Source: Mayamaea pseudoterrestris
Lineage: Eukaryota
NCBI GenBank assembly: GCA_027923505.1
Contig: BROI01000002.1
Span: 682,001 to 746,000, forward strand
Length of the DNA stretch: 64,000 bases
Direction of reading: 5' to 3'
Shown: positions 45,194-55,472 of the stretch, in pieces
How positions within the stretch are numbered: position 1 is the stretch's first letter
Layout: each line of letters opens with the position of its first letter
The notes under the pieces: model-generated
Told to the model about the DNA's origin: nothing
Database searches by the model: none
The model's input: the letters and a program-made list of their open reading frames with translations, nothing else
Translations under genes and position numbers: made by a program

Positions 45194-45547
45194 GTTCTGC
45201 ACTGGTGGAAGGCCTTTATCGGTTGCTCATTGCTAACGAAAGTTATTCACGAGGTCGATAGGTGCTTCACCTGTTTAGCAGTATTTGTTTACGTGTTGTA
45301 TATGCATTACTCAATATTTTTTTAGGCGCTTATTCAACTGCGGTATGACTGACAGTGAGCGCAAGGACAATTCATTCTTGTCGTACCGGCTCTCGAAGCG
45401 ACACGATCGCATTGGCGGTTTCACGTTTGACTATGGCCACAACTTTCGCTCGTCGTCAATCCCATGCTGGGCCAACTGCTCACATAAATTTGTGAAGCCT
45501 GAAAACGATAGTTGCATTGATATTTCCATCTATTTCTATCACTTTGG

Positions 45548-47644
45548 ATGTCAGCAAAAAGTTCTTTCAAGCTAACGGAGAAGGCACTTGAGAGTCTCCT
45601 CCGCGGAGACGCCATGACGAATGTTCCCATGCTTTTGCAGGTTCATTTCATCAGCGATTATGATGGTTACATGGCAGTTGATGGGTCAAACAAGGCTTCG
45701 AAAGTCCGCATACTTGATCGGAGTCTACGCAATGACTTGTTTCATATTATTTTCGTTCGCGGCGCCGTCGCTTCGAGTGTCAACGCTGGTTTATCGGAAC
45801 CCCTTCTCTACATTACAACCTTTGACATTTTCAAGGAACTCACTCATCCATTGGTGAAGCCTCCTGACACTGTTTTGAAACTACCAAGTGGCAAGACGAC
45901 GGGCGGCAAAGCATATGACTTTTTCTCGCGAACGACGCATTTCTTATCCAATGCCGACTTGTCGGGTTGTTCTGTCAACGCAACAAATGATATTGGACTG
46001 CCGAACGACTGGTCGGAGAAGGAAACAGCCGTGAGTCAATTTCTGGAGCACGACAAGGCCATGCATACCATTTCCAAGTCATCCGCAGCGACGACGAGTT
46101 CGGCCTTTGATGCGCAATCAGACTGCTACCTTGCGGCGCAATCGGAATTTATTGCGTCGCAGCTGGATCGTCAAAAGGTCAGTCTTACCTCCAATACAGG
46201 TCGACAGGATGCGGCCACCTCTGTCAAAATTGCGGAGCAGCATGCGCTTTGCTTAAATACGGCGTTAGAACAAGATTTGCACTTGGATCTGACGCCAGAG
46301 CTTTTGTGTAAATGGCATGGCATTCTCTGCGGCAATGGCATTCACAAGCACGCTGGCGTATTGCGACCTAAAGGAGTCAATGTTCGTGTCGGTCAAAGGT
46401 CCTTTCGGGCGTCGGAACATATCCCAGGTGACATAGAGACGGCTTGTCGCGCCTTAATGAGCTTGGAGGCGCGGTTGCTGCGGAACGGAAATGTTTCGTC
46501 GCCACGCGACAGCCGCAGCAATCAGGTATCGTTGAGCGTTGCAGCTGTCACGTTTGCGGCTGCCATCTTTTTCGCTATCGTTGATACCCATGCGTTTGCT
46601 GACGGAAATGGCCGGTTATCGAGAATTGCGGCAAACTGGGCGCTTCGTCGAGCAGGAATTCCGTTTTGCGTGCACTTTTTCGCGACGCCCGCGCAGCGCA
46701 AGGAGTATTTGGACGCCCTCATTCAGTCGCGGCGAAATATATTTCTTGCGGCAATTGGAAATGTTGAGCAAGAGATGCTGCTGGATGTTTTTCGGGATGC
46801 CAAATGTTTGCAGCCTTTAGTCGTACTGTTCATGGATCGCATATCCCGATCCGTGACGGAGTTCAATAAACTGGTCAAGGAAAAATCAACACTGCTTACA
46901 GATCAGGCGGAAGCAAAGGCGGCTCGCACGTTTCGGGAGCGAGCTGCTGCAGGTAATTGCTTAATGTAAGTGCAATGACTGACATTTGTCGAGATGGTGG
47001 ACGGACTATCTTGGTCTTGTGGTTGTACTGACTCTTTTTGCGTATTACTGTTCTCTCATTGTAGCTGCTTCGACGAGAACCCAAATATTGCCACGCTATG
47101 TTGTGGAAAGGCTGTTCATTTGAATTGCATGGCCGAGTGGCTGAGTTCTAAGAACTCGTTTCCTCAATGCCGTGGCGATCTTCCCTTGCTGCCTCCGCGT
47201 TTGCGGGCACCCGATTCAAACGAGGAAGGGGAAGGGGAGCATACGACAAACGAATCTGACGATTCGGGCGGCACCACCTCATCTTCGATTGAAGCGGATG
47301 ACACGTCCATGGAGGATACAATGAGTATGACATCAGTGTTCGAACATATACTTGCTGCGCCCGCACCTACAATGAACGCTGACACGTCCGAGACGACTGT
47401 GGAAGAGGAGGATGAAACGACGGCGACTGTGGATGCACCCAATGCGGAAACGGAAGATACAACAATGTCAACGACGGACGAAACAACAGAAATTGTGGCG
47501 CCGCCGCCAAATCCGAACTTGCCAGATTATTGCGCCTACGGAAATTGTCACAATCGAGGCGCTCGTGACTGCACCAATGCTAGCTGCGGCCGCTGCTGCC
47601 TCATGCATGGTCGCTTTTCCTGCAACCGGCATAACGCTATGTAA
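45548..47644 (+). CDS. Fic-domain protein fused to a RING finger and a C-terminal SHI/SRS-like zinc finger; intron 46966..47064
   Basis: Fic motif HAFADGNGRLSR at 46589..46624. The splice gives CLI|CFDENPNIATLCCGKAVHLNC..W..FPQCR. The C-terminus is CAYGNCHNRGARDCTNASCGRCCLMHGRFSCNRH. Confidence 0.8.
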
Positions 47645-47785
47645 AAATGCTTCGGTGCATGGTTGCGATGGCTCTCTGGCAGATTTATCCACTCCATTCG
47701 ATTTTCAAACAGTATATCATCGTAATATATTCTATATAGAAACCTAGTAGGACTGTCATGTTAGGAATATACCGGTGCAAAAAAA

Positions 47786-49276
47786 GCGACCTTTCGCGCG
47801 CAGCGCGACCTTTCGGGCGAAAGGTCACGCGGCGCGTCGCGCCGAAACCTCGACCTTTCGGGCGTCTCCGCATGTCTTCCCGCGGGCTCCGAATGATTGG
47901 CACTATACTCAACATGGCTACTTTTAGTATAGCAGCAATAAATATGAGTGAAAAAATATAGTTCGGCCATTTTAAATCAAGAATTTTGGCGATTCTGCTT
48001 TTGGTGCAAGGACAAAGTGGCTCAGTGTTTCGCATGCTGACACTGGCTTTGAACTAGCAATGTCCTTGAGTGTTGTTATATTTGTGTGGCTCTGCAGTTT
48101 CTGGATCTTTGTGCCCACTCCAATGTAAGCAGCAGAGGCTAGCTTGTACTGTTTCTTTCTTGGTGCAGTCTCGGCTCCACTTGCAACACAATTCTCACGG
48201 TTGGTTCATGCAGCTGCGCTCCACTTGTACAGTTATTTCAGCCACAGCTTGCGCATCAAGTCCTTCCTGCAATAACCTCTGCCATTGTGTATCTGGCCTT
48301 TCAAGGACAACAAGTTTGAGAGGTGCTCGCAGTCGGCTTGTTTCACGCCAATCTGAGAATGAAACTGTTGTGCTCATTTCCTTTTAACCTCGTTGGTGCT
48401 GATCAAAATACAGTCTATCAAGGACTGTAGATAGTTGATGCCTGCTCCTTTGGATTCACTGGCCCCATTCAAAGACTTCTCACTGCCTCTGCTGTGCGCT
48501 TGCGCTCATCATTGGTACTGCTTGGCAACTTCGCAGTACTGGTTGATGCAGTAGCTGAATCCAACAAGCCACAAGGAGACTTTGATGGTGAATGCCCCTG
48601 TTTTGTACCGCGTATTGCACTGAGCACATTAGCCATGTCATATTATACACTCACAAGCCGTGCTCCAGGGTTGTGTCCGTCAATGGTTGTGTCCATGCTC
48701 TTTGCCGTGTAAGCCATGCTCTGCTATCTGCACAATAGCTTGCCCTGATTGTAAAACAGTTTGCTTGGTGATGCGTTTGATGGATCCTTTATATCTGGAT
48801 TACGCTGATGGAAATTGTTGTAGATTGACTCTGCCCACTGTGCTAGAGTGATACTCCATTCCCCCTCCCCAAAATGATCCTTGACAACACCAATTAAGTG
48901 CTTAGCAACAGGATGTCTGACACCAAAGTCAGCCATTAGCCGCAAATGATACATGATCAGCACTGCAGTACATGCGTACAGAAAGGGTCAAAGCTATTCT
49001 CCTGGGCCAAACTCTGGGAGTGAGTTCATGTTCAGCTTTTCAACCAACTTTAGCAGGTTCCAGTCACCTCAAGCTGTGCAGCAAACTTAGGTGACTGCGC
49101 GTCAATCCAGAGATTTAAAGCTGCATCCCCCAGCCTTGCCTTGTGAAAGCAGGTTTAATGGCTTGATAGGATTTGGAGTTTGTGGCATCCTTCCAGCCAC
49201 TGAGGACATTGAGCTGCATCGCTGACATCCATTTTGTACTAACTTGGACAAATAGGCATTGGATTGAACGCTAGCC

Positions 49277-49311
<35 letters not shown>

Positions 49312-49876
49312 AGCAGACAACTCTAATATCATCATGCTAATAGGCATTAAGACTATTTCAAGCTCCCTCAGTTGCTGCTAGCTAGTGGGCCAGAGAGACG
49401 GCATCTCCCTCAAAAGGCTCAACCTTAGGATTTGATGGGAGAAGCTTAAATTGGCCCAAGATTGGGATTGTCAGTTATGTTTGATAACCAAGAGGATACT
49501 ATGAATAGCTGGAGCAGAGCTTGGCATAGCAGTGGCTGGCAAGCTGGGTAAACTACTGGGTTGGCTGCTGGGATGACTGGAAGGACAGCCTAAAAAGCAA
49601 CCTGAAAAGGGACTGGATGAGTTGCCATTTGATGGAGGCAAACTGGGACCACCTGTAGAAGAACCTGAGCCAAGGGAATGGACCAGATCCAAATGATGCG
49701 GGAGGACCACGAGGATTATAGGCACAGGTAGCCACATGTGTCAGAGCATAACAGTTGCCGCTAGCGCCATTGAGCGAAATTATTTGTCGCACTGAAAACC
49801 ATTAAGACAAAGAAGTACTTAAGGTTAGGGGTACTGACATTTCGCACCTTTCAGACCGGCACTCACGAAAGGTCGC
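47786..49876 (-). mobile_element. Decayed transposable element, probably tyrosine-recombinase (Crypton-like); boundaries approximate
   Basis: No long ORF and visibly CpG-poor relative to the flanks. Minus-strand fragments SGWKDATNSKSY and LYACTAVLIMYH..HPV resemble the Crypton region after the recombinase domain. GCGACCTTTCG (47786) and its reverse complement CGAAAGGTCGC (49866) flank the region. Confidence 0.5.
49278..49307. repeat. (CAG)10 microsatellite
   Basis: Read directly from the sequence. Confidence 0.95.
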
Positions 49877-49996
49877 CGTCCTTGTCCAAAAAGTGGCAAG
49901 GGATGAGCAACATAGCATTGGAGTCGCATCGGTAATCCTCGCATCAAGCGTCGCAAAAGTTGCAAAAGTCAAAATGGCGGTGAACAACCGACGCAG

Positions 49997-51562
49997 ATGA
50001 CGCTTATAATGAGTCCGGCGCCAGTTTCTACGTCAATCATCATTTGCACATGGTCCCTGGTAGCGTTAGTAAGAGTATTGATTGCATTTCAGCCTCATTC
50101 AGGTCAAGACAACCATCATGGTTTGCATGCCGCGTACGGCGGCGATTTTGAGGTTCAGCGACATTGGATGGAGCTCACGTTTCATCTTCCGATCGGAGAA
50201 TGGTACTACGATGACCCAACCTACTTTGGTCTCGACTATCCTCCGTTGACTGCTTACGTTTCGTATGTTTGCGGTTACTTTTCAGACAAGCTTGTTGGAT
50301 CTTACTCGGTGGCATGGATGGAATCACGAGGATTGGAAGATCCAAGGCACAAGGCTCTCATGCGTGCGACTGTGTTGCTGTTGGATCTACTCGTTTTTGG
50401 CAGCGCCGTTTGGTGCATGACAAGGCCGCAAGAATCGTTACGGCGCGACTATGATTCGCTAGCTACCTTTGTCCTTGTCATGATACAGCCAGCGATTCTA
50501 CTGATTGATCACGGCCACTTTCAATACAATACCTTTGCATTAGGACTTTGTCTATGGGCATTTCATTTCATGAGCAAGCCTGGTCATTGTAATTGCCTCA
50601 TTGGGAGCATATTTTACTGCTTGGCCTTGTCGTTCAAACAAATGACGCTGTACTTTGCTCCAGCAGTCTTCTTTTACTTACTTGGACGATGCTGCGCCGA
50701 GAAGGGTCGATACTTTACACTGCGATTTGTTTCCTTGGGTATCACGGTAGTCGCTACAATCTCCGTCATGTTTTTGCCAGTCGTCTTGAACGGCCCAGAT
50801 GAAACGACCTATTTGGAACGCTTGACTCAAGTTATGCGACGCATCTTTCCATTGCATCGAGGATTGTTTGAGTCCAAGGTCTCCAACACTTGGTGCGTTC
50901 TTTCACTCAAGCCCTTTCGAATACGACAGCAAATACCAGAGCATTTGCAACCAATGGCGGCACTGTTCGTGACAATACTGCTCACCATGCCATGCAGCGT
51001 ATCCATGTTTCGATTAGGAAGCCGCGGATGCATGGCTGGCAACCAAGAACGACAGCGTACAATCTTCTCGTGGGGAATGACGAGCAGTGCACTGGCATTT
51101 TTCCTCGCGAGCTTTCAGGTTCACGAAAAGAGCATTCTTCTCGCGCTTGCCCCTGCCTGCTTGCTCGCGGCGCAGGATTATAAGTTTGTAGAATGGTTTT
51201 CGATTGTTGCAACGTGGTCTCTGTGGCCTCTACTTCAAATTGATCGGTTGCAAACGGCGTATTTTTGCACGATGGTCATATACCTTGCACTTTTGCATTT
51301 ACGGAAAGCGTCGCTTGAGTTACCACAAAGAGACGAAGGCAGCTTGTTTAGTCACAAAGTACTCTTTTCATGGCTATCAAATGCATCATACGCAGTCATG
51401 ATCACTCTTCACCTGCTCGAAGCAACGATTACCGTTCCCAGCAATCTGCCCGATCTCTTTTCCGTGCTTTGGAGTTTGGTGGGATGCGGATGCTTTGGCG
51501 TGGCTTGGTTGTACACATGTTGGCGCCTCGCTCATGGCGAAAGGAAGGAAAAGTTAAATTGA
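49997..51562 (+). CDS. ALG6: Dolichyl pyrophosphate Man9GlcNAc2 alpha-1,3-glucosyltransferase
   Basis: GDFEVQRHWME, GLDYPPLTAY, IDHGHFQYN, FKQMTLY, RIFPLHRGLFESKVSN and FQVHEKSILL. Confidence 0.93.
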   Translation: MTLIMSPAPVSTSIIICTWSLVALVRVLIAFQPHSGQDNHHGLHAAYGGDFEVQRHWMELTFHLPIGEWYYDDPTYFGLDYPPLTAYVSYVCGYFSDKLVGSYSVAWMESRGLEDPRHKALMRATVLLLDLLVFGSAVWCMTRPQESLRRDYDSLATFVLVMIQPAILLIDHGHFQYNTFALGLCLWAFHFMSKPGHCNCLIGSIFYCLALSFKQMTLYFAPAVFFYLLGRCCAEKGRYFTLRFVSLGITVVATISVMFLPVVLNGPDETTYLERLTQVMRRIFPLHRGLFESKVSNTWCVLSLKPFRIRQQIPEHLQPMAALFVTILLTMPCSVSMFRLGSRGCMAGNQERQRTIFSWGMTSSALAFFLASFQVHEKSILLALAPACLLAAQDYKFVEWFSIVATWSLWPLLQIDRLQTAYFCTMVIYLALLHLRKASLELPQRDEGSLFSHKVLFSWLSNASYAVMITLHLLEATITVPSNLPDLFSVLWSLVGCGCFGVAWLYTCWRLAHGERKEKLN

Positions 51563-51776
51563 TAGAGCGTAGTAGATAGATTATCGTTGAAGATACAACC
51601 GACTTGAGATCAGTTGATGCGTAATACACTGTTACTAGCCGAATAGCTGATTTTCGGTCGTGCTACGACACGAACTCCAACGTGATCGACAAATTCCGTC
51701 GAAACGATGAGTGTCCGTCACATGTCATCTCATATCTCATCAACAAAGCCTCTGTACTCCAGCAATGCAAAACACT

Positions 51777-52781
51777 ATGAAGTTACTTACTTGTGTATTG
51801 GCTCTTCTTCTCAATCTGTGTCCCTTGGTAAGCGCTTGGCAGGCAGAATGGAAACGACTCGATCCTCCACAACGAATCAGTCCACGACGATCGGGCCACG
51901 CTGCGTTTGGAACACTTGACAAGCATTACATCTTTGGCGGATACGTGGAGGATGATAGTATGAAGCGAAATGTGGTGAAGGATTTGTGGAAGTGGAAAGG
52001 TGACTCATGGCAGTCTGTCGAGCAATCTGGTGATATTCCTGGAGCGCGTCTGGTATCAGCAGCCGCTGCAGTCAACGACAAGGCCTTTTTGTTTGGCGGA
52101 TGGGATCCTCAGACAGAAGGGACTGGAGGCGTCATTTTGAGTGATGTTTACCAGCTGGACCTCAAGTCGCATTCCTGGACGAAAATTGGCGACTTTCCGG
52201 ATGGACCAACGAGCCGACACGTTGCCGTCGCTTTTGGCGAGAAGGTCATGATCCACAATCACCGTTGTGTCGACTTTGTATACATTTTTGATCCTATCTC
52301 TCAGTCTATTCGGAAACAACCTACGACGGGGCCATGTCCTGGTTCGCGCGGGCTCCATGCCGCTGCGACTGTCAATGATTCCACCGTTGTCGTCTACGGA
52401 GGAGCCGCCAAGGACGGCGTCATGTCGAAGGAAGTATTCGCACTGGATACGAATACATGGAAATGGAAACTAATGGCTGAGTTTCCAGATACGGCAAGAG
52501 CAGGGTCGTGCCTTTGCCGATTAAGCGATAGTTGTTCACTTCTCTATGGCGGTGCAGAGAGCAGCGAATTTGGTCTGAAAGCTCGCGGAGATGTTTGGAT
52601 CTTTGATTTAGACTTGAACAAATGGGAGCTGGTTGTCGCTGAAGACATAAATGGAGTCCCTCCACCGAGAAACGCAGCGTCCTTGGTAAAGATTGCAGAA
52701 AATGAATTTCTGCTGACTGGTGGATGGTCGCCGTTCAAGAAAACTTGGGACGATTGCTTCGTCTTGCATGTAAAACCGTAG
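51777..52781 (+). CDS. Kelch-repeat beta-propeller protein with a signal peptide
   Basis: Hydrophobic N-terminus ending VSA|W, and repeated FGG/YGG..W Kelch units with RSGH and RGLH. Confidence 0.85.
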   Translation: MKLLTCVLALLLNLCPLVSAWQAEWKRLDPPQRISPRRSGHAAFGTLDKHYIFGGYVEDDSMKRNVVKDLWKWKGDSWQSVEQSGDIPGARLVSAAAAVNDKAFLFGGWDPQTEGTGGVILSDVYQLDLKSHSWTKIGDFPDGPTSRHVAVAFGEKVMIHNHRCVDFVYIFDPISQSIRKQPTTGPCPGSRGLHAAATVNDSTVVVYGGAAKDGVMSKEVFALDTNTWKWKLMAEFPDTARAGSCLCRLSDSCSLLYGGAESSEFGLKARGDVWIFDLDLNKWELVVAEDINGVPPPRNAASLVKIAENEFLLTGGWSPFKKTWDDCFVLHVKP

Positions 52782-53164
52782 TTATAGCTACTTTAATCAT
52801 ATGTTATGCGAACACTCAATAAACAGTCAACAGAAGTTTAGAACGGAGGACGAAAGTCGCCAAAAATGAGCTAACTTTCTCGCAGTCAATAACGATACGA
52901 CGCGTGACAATCATGGCATTTGCACGATTCAACGCAAACCGAGACTTTCAAATTTTCGTCCACTCACATTTTTGGGTGCACATGTTAAAGACTACAAGAT
53001 TGCTCGTAAGTGGCACCAAAGGTGGTCAGACAAAGCAAATAGATAGCACTGCTGCACTCCAGCCACCATCATATTTCTTTCGTGCCTCTTGCTTTTAGGA
53101 TATCAAGAATTTAGATTTCTGATAAGCTCGGCCACGGCAAGAACGATAGCATCAGCATCTAGCG

Positions 53165-55447
53165 ATGCCCCACAAGACTATCAAGATGGCAACAGTTGAC
53201 GCTAAGCAGAATGATGCTTCTTCGAAAGAAAACAAGCCATCGTCTAGCCCATCAAAATCGCCCCAATCGTCAGCAAAGCTTGGCAAGCCTCCAATAAACT
53301 CGCGGAATTCCAGGTCGTTCAAAATGCCTTTTGTTAAGAACAGAAGTAAGACTGTCGTAACAGAGTCGGAAGAGAATGATGAAGACGACCCAGTGATGGC
53401 CTTGTTTGCAGCGCGTAACAAGCAAAGAGTACGATTCAGTCTAGAGGACAGTCCCCAAGTGACGCTGCAGGCGAAATCGGAGAAGCAAGAGCTGCAAGCT
53501 GAGCGAACCGCGATTGAGGCTCAGCTTACACCAGAAAAGAACGAGACCACATCCCTCAGTATCAAAAGCTTTATGAAGGGTGCTATATTCGGAAAGTCGA
53601 ACTCGTCGAGTGAACAAATCGATGAGTTTGACCGTCACATGGCAAGTGAAATTGAGGCAGTGGGACTGTCGCCGCAGACGAGGCAACAGAAAGGCGACGC
53701 TCATGTCTTGACAACAGGTATCTACTTACCGTTATCAGATGAGAATATTAGTTGCAATCATGCTTTTACGGAAGACAAAGATGTTCGTGCGCAAGCTACA
53801 AAGCTACTAAACAAGGCGTCACGAGCTCGCCATGTCTACTTTCGCTACGAATACGCCGTCAAGGTTTGCGTCAGAGCGCTCGACCTAGTAACGCAAGCAG
53901 ACTATCCAGATGATCACCCCACTGTCATTAAGATACTCCAATCTTTAAACACTGCTCACCATGCGCTTAGCAGTTATCGAAACTCGGCGAATATTGTCAG
54001 AATGGGAAACCGTTACGAAGTTGCAGGAGAGCTTGTCCGTGCGCTAAAGATGTACAGCATTGCTTACCGTATTCGGCGGGATAACCTGAGCGCCGACCAC
54101 CCTAGTCTTATTGTTCTCTTGAACATGCTCGGGAGTGTCCAAGTGAAGCGCGAAGAACTGGAAGAAGCCATGGAGATATTCGAGATTGCTGTGAAAGAGG
54201 ATAATGAGAATGACGCAACTCAAGTGAAGTCAAACGATAATTTACTGGCAAAAAGTGTCGCCTATCGTGAGATGGGATCTATCTATGAGAGGTGGCAAGA
54301 GTTAGAGGATGCTTTGGCTATGTACAACAAGAGCCTCGCATGCCTCGCTAAGTATAAGGGCATTGCAGTTGCCCGAGTACTCAAGACCAAGCACAGCTTT
54401 CCACAACCGCATGAAGAGTCTGATCTTGAAGTTCCATCGCATCATGCCATTCTCCGTGACTTGGAAAGTACACAGCGATCCCGCTCATACACCAGACAGA
54501 CAAGCATCGTCAAAGCTAACAAGCACGAAGATGACGAGAATGAGTCGGGTGGCATGGAACTTCTTATGGGTTCGCAAGAGAAAGGCTGGTCGATGAAAAG
54601 AAATAACCTCGCAACTTTCTTTTGCACAAGCGGTTACGACGCTTTCTTTCCTCAATCGCTTGAGTCAACAAGGAACAAGAAAAAGACAAGCACCGCTCGT
54701 GACAACAGCGCTGCCGACATCGATATCGCGCTGACTCTGCATCAGATTGGGCAACTGCATCGATCAAATGGCGATTTTAACCTTGCAATTGAGGCATACT
54801 CTGTGGCTTTACGCGGGATGAAGCATGTTTTGGGGAAGAGTCATCCAAACTGTGCTTCGATTCTAGGCAACATTGGCAACTTGCAGAAAGAAATGGGGGA
54901 CATGAATGCTGCTTTCGAAACTTACCAAAAGGTGCTTGCAATAGAATCAGCTCGGTTGGGGTTGAGCCATCCAGATGTGATCATTACGCTTCACAATATA
55001 GCCACAATTGATGCGGCTAGGGGAAATCACCGTCAAGCGCTGGAGCTTTACAATCAGGTTATCGAATTGCAAAAGAAATTGTTTGGATGTGACCATATTA
55101 CCCTGGCGGTGACTACAGCTTGTAAAGGTGACGTGTATGAGCGCGTTGGACAGGTCGACAAAGCCATCGCATGCTTTGATGAAGTGCTACGCATTAAGAC
55201 GGCGGCTCTAGGGCGCCATTCATTCGAAGTTGCTCGTATTCTGCACAAACTGGGCAAGTTAAATGCCCAGAACGCCGATTTTCCTGTCGCGGAGTCGTTC
55301 ATATCCAGAGCAGTGTTGGTTTATAGGCTGAACAAATTACCGGATGACGATGAATGGCTAATCGACGCTGCTAGGGATGCTGCAGACATTGATGCGGCCA
55401 TATCAATGGGGAAAACGGGTGTTGTCGATAATGTATTTGAGTTCTAA
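53165..55447 (+). CDS. TPR-repeat protein (kinesin light chain / nephrocystin-3-like 42-aa repeats)
   Basis: Repeats of LG..HP.....L.NIG / A...Y..AL. Confidence 0.85.
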   Translation: MPHKTIKMATVDAKQNDASSKENKPSSSPSKSPQSSAKLGKPPINSRNSRSFKMPFVKNRSKTVVTESEENDEDDPVMALFAARNKQRVRFSLEDSPQVTLQAKSEKQELQAERTAIEAQLTPEKNETTSLSIKSFMKGAIFGKSNSSSEQIDEFDRHMASEIEAVGLSPQTRQQKGDAHVLTTGIYLPLSDENISCNHAFTEDKDVRAQATKLLNKASRARHVYFRYEYAVKVCVRALDLVTQADYPDDHPTVIKILQSLNTAHHALSSYRNSANIVRMGNRYEVAGELVRALKMYSIAYRIRRDNLSADHPSLIVLLNMLGSVQVKREELEEAMEIFEIAVKEDNENDATQVKSNDNLLAKSVAYREMGSIYERWQELEDALAMYNKSLACLAKYKGIAVARVLKTKHSFPQPHEESDLEVPSHHAILRDLESTQRSRSYTRQTSIVKANKHEDDENESGGMELLMGSQEKGWSMKRNNLATFFCTSGYDAFFPQSLESTRNKKKTSTARDNSAADIDIALTLHQIGQLHRSNGDFNLAIEAYSVALRGMKHVLGKSHPNCASILGNIGNLQKEMGDMNAAFETYQKVLAIESARLGLSHPDVIITLHNIATIDAARGNHRQALELYNQVIELQKKLFGCDHITLAVTTACKGDVYERVGQVDKAIACFDEVLRIKTAALGRHSFEVARILHKLGKLNAQNADFPVAESFISRAVLVYRLNKLPDDDEWLIDAARDAADIDAAISMGKTGVVDNVFEF

Positions 55448-55472
55448 AAAACTAAAGTGTGTATTTGTACTT

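Noticed and set aside
47744..47826. Helitron 3' end (hairpin plus CTAG on the minus strand)
   Set aside because: The CTAG is not followed by T on that strand, the hairpin is about 60 bp away, and no Rep/helicase remnants were seen.
49823..49830. Telomere-like GGTTAGGG
   Set aside because: Single copy; expected by chance.
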